A DNA stretch of 60,434 nt, counting the filler. It is 8 parts of 8 records of this genome, joined end to end, with 100 filler letters (N's around TTAATTAATTAA, not from the genome) between each part and the next. Parts side by side here need not be neighbours in the genome. Positions count along the whole stretch, not along the records: positions 54,754 to 60,434 come from SRR31147125_29881; 7 more parts are not named here. One strand, given 5' to 3'. A program made the position numbers and the translations under genes. Positions 54,853 to 60,434 of this stretch are shown here, one piece after another. Under the pieces are notes generated by a model that saw nothing but the letters and a program-made list of their open reading frames with translations, made no database searches and was not told the DNA's origin. Position 1 is the first letter of the stretch. The number at the start of each line of letters is the position of its first letter.

Positions 54853-55758
54853 TCACCTAGCATTCCTCGGATGATATCTTAAAATCGTATCCCTCAAATA
54901 CTCCCTTGAAATGTGTGTGTAGATTTCTGTTGTTACGATTGATTCGTGGCCAAGCATGTCTTGCACAGCTCTTAGGTCAGCACCGCCTTCAACCAGGTGG
55001 GTAGCAAAAGAATGCCTGAAAGTGTGAGGGCTAACCTGTTTGTTTATACCTGCATCTATTACTAGATTTTTAATAATTGTAAAAATCATTACTCTTGTTA
55101 AGGCATTTCCCCGCCTGTTAAGGAACAAGATATCTTCTGCTTCCTTTTTTATATCGAGCGTATGGCGATAATTTTCAAGGTAGTAGTTGATTTCTTTTAA
55201 TGCACGGTTACTAATGGGTACAAGGCGTTCTTTGTTCCCTTTACCAATAATCCGAATAAATTGCTCGTTCGCGTTTATGGCCGATATCCTGAGGGAAATA
55301 AGTTCAGAGACACGTAACCCACAGCTATAGAGTGTTTCAAGCATGGCTTTATTCCGGTGACCTTCGGGTTTGCTTAAATCTATTTGTGAAAGGAGCAAGT
55401 CAATTTCTTCAACAGACAATACATCCGGTAGCTTTCTGCCTATTTTTGGGGTTTCAAGCAACGATGAGGGATCATTCTCAATAATATCTTCCAATAAAAG
55501 AAATTTATAAAATCCTTTTATTCCTGATAATATCCGGGCTTGGGTTGCCGCGCTAACCCCCAATTCATTTATCCAGGTAATAAATGAATGAAGGTTTTCG
55601 AGTGTAATTTTTTCTGGTTCAATATTTTTTTTAACAACCTCTAAATACTCCATCAATTTTTTCACATCTCGCAGGTAAGCTTCTACTGTGTTGTCAGAGA
55701 GAGCTTTCTCCAGCAATAGAAAATTTTTATATTCTTTTATTCTTAACTCCCACTTCAT
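54853..55758 (-). CDS. xerD: Site-specific tyrosine recombinase XerD
   Basis: LYSCGLRVSEL, GKGNKER, SPHTFRHSFATHL, VQDMLGHESIVTTEIYTH. Confidence 0.9.
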   Translation of the reverse strand: MKWELRIKEYKNFLLLEKALSDNTVEAYLRDVKKLMEYLEVVKKNIEPEKITLENLHSFITWINELGVSAATQARILSGIKGFYKFLLLEDIIENDPSSLLETPKIGRKLPDVLSVEEIDLLLSQIDLSKPEGHRNKAMLETLYSCGLRVSELISLRISAINANEQFIRIIGKGNKERLVPISNRALKEINYYLENYRHTLDIKKEAEDILFLNRRGNALTRVMIFTIIKNLVIDAGINKQVSPHTFRHSFATHLVEGGADLRAVQDMLGHESIVTTEIYTHISREYLRDTILRYHPRNAR

Positions 55759-55812
55759 AGAAAATTTGCTTTTATTTAATTATAACAAGGTTGTAATTTC
55801 CATGTCAAACAT

Positions 55813-55820
55813 TACTTTTG
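55813..55820 (+). promoter_or_regulatory. Bacteroidota-type -7 promoter element
   Basis: TACTTTTG (TAnnTTTG) upstream of pyk. Similar elements lie upstream of mnmA (minus strand, ~59458-59465) and the GH28 gene (59551-59558). Confidence 0.5.
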
Positions 55821-55850
55821 CAAAACTTTTTTAATAAGTAAAAATAGTAT

Positions 55851-57254
55851 ATGAGAAGAAAAACAAAAATTGTAGCAACCATTTCCGATACGAAGTGCGA
55901 TGTAGATTTCATCGGCAAGCTTTATGAGGAAGGTGTGGATGTAGTACGTTTGAATACGGCGCATCAAACAGAAGAAGCTACATTAGGAGTTATTGAGAAT
56001 GTCCGCAAGGTATCGGATAAAATTGCATTACTTGTTGACACGAAAGGCCCGGAAATTAGAACCCGTGTTGAAGGTGATCCCATTGAGATTGAACAAGACG
56101 AAACGATTTATATTTTTAAAAATGATTTTGAGCCTGATAAAAAGGGGTTTAAAACATCATATGAAAGTTTTATTGATGAAGTTCCTATTGACAGAAGAAT
56201 TTTAATTGATGATGGTGAATTAGAATTACTTCCTGTAGAAAAGTCAGATAACTGGCTTAAATGTACTGTTCAAAACGAGGGGGTTGTAAAGAATAAAAAG
56301 AGTATCAATGTTCCTGAAACTAATTTTAAGTTGCCTTCTTTATCTGACAAAGACAGGACTTACGTAAAGTTTTCTGTGAAACACGATGTTGATTTTATTG
56401 CCCACTCTTTTGTGAGGAACAAAGAAGATGTTCTTGAGATTCAAAATATTCTCGATGAGCATAACAGTGATGTGAAAATCATTGCTAAAATAGAAAACCA
56501 GGAGGGTGTTAACAACCTGGATGAAATTCTGGACCATGTTTATGGAGTTATGGTTGCCAGGGGTGATTTAGCTATTGAAATTCCTTACGAGAAAATACCG
56601 GGTGTACAAAAAGAGATTATCACCAAGTGTACCGATAGAAGAAAACCGGTTATTGTTGCAACCCAGATGTTACATTCCATGATTACTAATCCGCGACCTA
56701 CACGTGCCGAGGTTAGTGATATCGCCAATGCCATTTATTCAAAGACTGATGCCATTATGCTTAGCGGTGAGAGTGCTTATGGTAAATACCCTGTTGAGGC
56801 GGTAAGAACAATGGCAAAAGTTGCCAAGGAAGTTGAGAAAACCCGTAGCGAATTTCATAACACACCTGTTACTATTTTAAGTAGTGAAATTTCTGCATAC
56901 CTGGCAAAATCGGCTGTTCAAGCATCATTGAAATTAAATGCAAAAGCTATTATTGCAGATACTACTACAGGAAGAACCATTAGAAACCTGGCTGGTTATA
57001 GAGGCAAGCGAATAATTTATGCGCAATGTTATTCAAAAAGAACTGTACGTGAGCTTGCTTTATCTTTTGGTGTGTTACCATCTTTTATTGAGCCTGAAGA
57101 ACAACATGAGTTTGTTACAAAGGGATTAAAGAAGTTGATTAAAAAAGGTAAGTTAAATATTGAAGATCGCGTTGTTGTTATCGGAGGTAATTTTGGTAGA
57201 GGCCATGGGGCTTCATTTATTGAGATTAGCAGCGTTGAGAATCAAATGAAATAA
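55851..57254 (+). CDS. pyk: Pyruvate kinase
   Basis: KTKIVATI, DTKGPEIR, IIAKIEN, MVARGDL, ATQMLHSM...PRPTRAEVSD, MLSGESAYG. Confidence 0.97.
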   Translation: MRRKTKIVATISDTKCDVDFIGKLYEEGVDVVRLNTAHQTEEATLGVIENVRKVSDKIALLVDTKGPEIRTRVEGDPIEIEQDETIYIFKNDFEPDKKGFKTSYESFIDEVPIDRRILIDDGELELLPVEKSDNWLKCTVQNEGVVKNKKSINVPETNFKLPSLSDKDRTYVKFSVKHDVDFIAHSFVRNKEDVLEIQNILDEHNSDVKIIAKIENQEGVNNLDEILDHVYGVMVARGDLAIEIPYEKIPGVQKEIITKCTDRRKPVIVATQMLHSMITNPRPTRAEVSDIANAIYSKTDAIMLSGESAYGKYPVEAVRTMAKVAKEVEKTRSEFHNTPVTILSSEISAYLAKSAVQASLKLNAKAIIADTTTGRTIRNLAGYRGKRIIYAQCYSKRTVRELALSFGVLPSFIEPEEQHEFVTKGLKKLIKKGKLNIEDRVVVIGGNFGRGHGASFIEISSVENQMK

Positions 57255-57258
57255 CAAT

Positions 57259-57978
57259 TTACTCTGAGGTTAGCAAAGGGATAGAAACATACATGGTTGT
57301 TCCTTTGTTAACTTCACTTTTACCCCACATCTGTCCATCTAATTCTTTAATTAGGGTTTTACAAAGGTTTAAACCAATACCTGTTCCTTTCTCACCATTC
57401 GTGCCGCCAATACTGTCGGTATATTTATCTGTTTCCAGAATCGAATTTAATTTGCTTTGCTCAACTCCAATCCCATAATCTTTAACTTCAATTATTATAT
57501 TCTTGCTTGTTTTTTTATTGGATAGTTCGATAATTCCTCCTTCGTGTGAGTATTTAATTGAATTGGAAAGTAGATTTCGAATTATCGTGCATAACATATT
57601 GGGATCTGTAAAGATTTTATTGTTAATAGATCCATGTTTAATTGTTACCTTTTTTATCTCTGCAAGATTTTTAACAGGGGCAATAGCATCATTGAATATC
57701 AAGTTTAAATCGCAAATAACTCCTTCGAAAGAAACAGTCCCATTTTGTGTTTTAAGCCAAAGAATTAAATTTTCAAGCAGGTTAAAGGTGTTATTGGAAA
57801 TATCGTTGATAAAAGAGAGTTTTTCAATAATTTCCTTTTGCGAAGTACCCTCAATGTCGTCAAGCAAAAGCTCTGAAAAGTTTTTTAATAAACCAATCGG
57901 ATTTCTTAAGTCATGAACCAAAAGAGCTATAAATTGATCCTTTATTTGTATTTCCTCTTTTAATTGCTTAACAGTCAT
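57259..57978 (-). CDS. Short cytoplasmic histidine kinase (HisKA + HATPase only)
   Basis: HDLRNP, RNLLSNSIKYS, DYGIG, GEKGTGIGL. Confidence 0.85.
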   Translation of the reverse strand: MTVKQLKEEIQIKDQFIALLVHDLRNPIGLLKNFSELLLDDIEGTSQKEIIEKLSFINDISNNTFNLLENLILWLKTQNGTVSFEGVICDLNLIFNDAIAPVKNLAEIKKVTIKHGSINNKIFTDPNMLCTIIRNLLSNSIKYSHEGGIIELSNKKTSKNIIIEVKDYGIGVEQSKLNSILETDKYTDSIGGTNGEKGTGIGLNLCKTLIKELDGQMWGKSEVNKGTTMYVSIPLLTSE

Positions 57979-58228
57979 GCTTCGCTAAATTCTGTTCCAT
58001 TCATTTAATCCAAAATCTATGCCAATAAACTCAAAGATTATTTCCTTACGGTTATAGTTAATAATATACACCCTGTTATAGAAACGGTTACCAACTATAT
58101 TTTTTTGAGCACTTAATTAAATTAACGGAATAAATGTTATTTAATTGTGTTATAAATTAAATCTGTCTAACATATAAAAACTGTTTTGAAAAATAGTGAA
58201 CCGAAAAGTATAGTGTTAATTATTTGGT

Positions 58229-59431
58229 TTATAAGGCAATGGTTCCGGAGCCAACCAATTCATTTTCTTTATACCATGCAGCAAACTGTCCGGGGGCAAT
58301 GCCTCGTTGTTTTTTGTCGAATATGATGTACAGTTTTCTTTCCCGCTGCATAAGCAATGCTTTTTGCAATGGCTGTCTATATCGTATACGTACCATATAT
58401 TCTGCACATTCACCGTTTTTTAGTTGTAAATCGGGCCTAATCCAATGTACTTCATTGTTGTTGATGGCAAGACCTTTTCTGTGCAATCCGGCGTGTTCTT
58501 TTCCCAGTCCTGTATAAATAAGGTTTTTCTCTGTATCAATAGTAAGAACAAACGAAGGTTTTGGCCGTCCACCAATATTTAAGCCTTTATTCTGGCCAAT
58601 GGTATAATAATGTGCGCCATTGTGCAATCCAACCTGTTTGCCGTAAGATGGGTTTAATTGCAGTGGATTTGAAAGATATTCCAATTCTTCATCGGGTAAC
58701 GAATTCATACCATTTAATGAAGGAATTTCTTTGTCATCAAGAAATATTGTTTCGGGGACTTCAATAATTCTACCTTTTTTAGCTTTTAGTTTTTGTTGCA
58801 AGAAAGTAGGGAGATCTACTTTTCCAACAAAACAGATGCCTTGAGAATCTTTTTTTTCAGCGGTAGCCAGGTTTTGTTCTTCTGCAATTTTACGTACCTC
58901 AAATTTATGTAGATTGCCAACTGGAAATAATGCATGTTGCAACTGTTCTTGTGTTAATTGGCATAAGAAATAACTTTGATCTTTATTGGGATCGTGACCG
59001 GCAAGTAGGCGGTTCATAGGTTTGCCGTCTACATCAATTACATCTTTTCGGCAATAGTGGCCTGTCGCAATTAGGTCTGTGTCTAATTTTAATGCTTCTT
59101 TAACAAACAGATCGAATTTTACCTCGCGATTACACAAAACATCCGGATTAGGGGTCCTGCCTTTCTCGTACTCAGCAAACATGTAATCAACTACGCGGGT
59201 TTTGTATTCCTTGCTTAAATCAACCGTATGCAGGTCGATTCCCAGCTTTTTTGTTGTGAGCTGTGCAAAAAGTAAGTCGTCTTCCCACGTGCATTTTCCT
59301 TCCAGCATACCCTCAGAATCATGCCAGTTAATCATAAACAGACCAACTACATCATATCCTTGCTGCTTAAGTAAATATGCAGAAACACTTGAATCAACAC
59401 CTCCTGAAATTCCAACTACTACACGTTTCAT
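58229..59431 (-). CDS. mnmA: tRNA 2-thiouridine(34) synthase
   Basis: SGGVDSS, GRTPNPDVLCN, ATGHY, KDQSYFL, KKDSQGICF, APGQ. Confidence 0.97.
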   Translation of the reverse strand: MKRVVVGISGGVDSSVSAYLLKQQGYDVVGLFMINWHDSEGMLEGKCTWEDDLLFAQLTTKKLGIDLHTVDLSKEYKTRVVDYMFAEYEKGRTPNPDVLCNREVKFDLFVKEALKLDTDLIATGHYCRKDVIDVDGKPMNRLLAGHDPNKDQSYFLCQLTQEQLQHALFPVGNLHKFEVRKIAEEQNLATAEKKDSQGICFVGKVDLPTFLQQKLKAKKGRIIEVPETIFLDDKEIPSLNGMNSLPDEELEYLSNPLQLNPSYGKQVGLHNGAHYYTIGQNKGLNIGGRPKPSFVLTIDTEKNLIYTGLGKEHAGLHRKGLAINNNEVHWIRPDLQLKNGECAEYMVRIRYRQPLQKALLMQRERKLYIIFDKKQRGIAPGQFAAWYKENELVGSGTIAL

Positions 59432-59598
59432 TTTTAGTAAAATGATATAAAAGGGCTGCAAAGTTAAGATTTTTACTGTTTTAATTCGTGATCTCCATCA
59501 ATGTAGTTTATAATCATCAATGAGAACTCTTTCAAGGCGATCAATTTTTTTATTTTTGCTGAAGTTTAAGTTCAATCCAAAATATTAAATCAAATTTT

Positions 59599-60434
59599 AT
59601 GAATTGTAAGATTTATTTATTGCTTCTTCTGGGAGGCGCATTCTTTTTTAGTTCATGTACCGAAAAACTATCAGATAAAATACGTTTTGATAATATGGAA
59701 TGGGTAGATGAAGTTGGTGCGAAATCTTTTCCCGATAATCAAACGGTTTATAATGTAGCCGATTACGGTGCAGTTGGAGATGGTATCAGTATGAATACAG
59801 AAGCGATTCAAAAAGCAATAGATGATTGTGCCGAGAATGGTGGCGGACAAGTTGTTTTTAATGAAGGAAGTTACCTTACCGGTTCCATTTTCATTAGAGA
59901 AGGAGTTAATTTTCACATTGGAAAAGGTGTTGAATTGTTGGGTAGCCAGGATATAAAAGATTATCCTGATATTGACACCCGGGTAGCGGGAATAGAAATG
60001 GTATGGCCGGCTGCTTTAATCAATGTTATGGATCAATCTAATGTGGCCATTACAGGTGAAGGTTCTGTTTTTGCCCGAGGAAAACCATTTTGGGATTTAT
60101 ATTGGAAAATGCGAAAGGAAGAATACGAACCAAAAGGTTTAAGATGGATTGTGGATTATGACTGTAAAAGACCCCGGACACTGCTTGTTACAAATTCAAG
60201 CGATGTTTCAATTAATGATATTACGCTGAAGCAAGCCGGTTTTTGGACTGTTCACATATTGTATTCAACTCATGTAACCATTGACGGAATTATTATTAAA
60301 AATAATGTTGGTGGACATGGCCCCAGCACCGATGGAATTGATATTGATTCATCAGAAAAAATATTGGTGCAAAATTGTGATATTGACTGTAACGATGATA
60401 ATTTCTGTTTAAAATCAGGCCGCGATGCTGATGG
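59599..60434 (+). CDS. Glycoside hydrolase family 28 (polygalacturonase-like) lipoprotein, partial; absent from the ORF track because it has no stop
   Basis: MNCKIYLLLLLGGAFFFSSC lipobox; YGAVGDG..NT.AIQKAID; GPSTDGIDIDSS; NDDNFCLKSGRD. Confidence 0.9.
   Translation, partial: MNCKIYLLLLLGGAFFFSSCTEKLSDKIRFDNMEWVDEVGAKSFPDNQTVYNVADYGAVGDGISMNTEAIQKAIDDCAENGGGQVVFNEGSYLTGSIFIREGVNFHIGKGVELLGSQDIKDYPDIDTRVAGIEMVWPAALINVMDQSNVAITGEGSVFARGKPFWDLYWKMRKEEYEPKGLRWIVDYDCKRPRTLLVTNSSDVSINDITLKQAGFWTVHILYSTHVTIDGIIIKNNVGGHGPSTDGIDIDSSEKILVQNCDIDCNDDNFCLKSGRDAD

Noticed and set aside
54853-55758. Tyrosine recombinase as a phage or island integrase
   Set aside because: Its length and motifs match housekeeping XerD, it neighbours pyk, and there are no att sites or cargo.

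Overview
This window is not one genomic locus. It is eight contigs joined by seven identical 100-bp artificial linkers (44 N + TTAATTAATTAA + 44 N), so context can only be read within a contig: 1-12237, 12338-17347, 17448-22709, 22810-28562, 28663-34243, 34344-43933, 44034-54653 and 54754-60434. Gene content and composition suggest a mixed anaerobic community of Desulfobacterota-, Spirochaetota-, Clostridia- and Bacteroidales-like sources (inference). Many genes carry single-base deletions in homopolymer runs, probably sequencing errors, which split ORFs in the supplied track; I rejoined these by reading the alternative frames. Two highlights. (1) Contig 6 has a compact lipid-biosynthesis-like operon: an SPT-like alpha-oxoamine synthase, a DAG/sphingosine-kinase-family enzyme and a small membrane protein. 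It also has what reads, after repairing three homopolymer indels, as one ~1,075-aa SDR-radical SAM-UbiA prenyltransferase fusion. (2) Contig 1 has a DISARM-like defence operon (drmA helicase, drmB DUF1998). In place of drmC it carries a compact UvrD-like helicase and a 574-aa protein with a possible degenerate DarT-like ADP-ribosyltransferase fold. A BREX-3 PglXI-like methyltransferase lies nearby, behind two sugar-modification genes. Other features include two candidate structured ncRNAs, a PTS IIA-PII-like fusion behind a cation:proton antiporter, a deletion-scarred kdd/sigma54-activator relic, a giant Ig/cadherin-repeat surface protein opposite a class B sortase, and housekeeping genes (tpx, tex, xerD, pyk, mnmA, ade).
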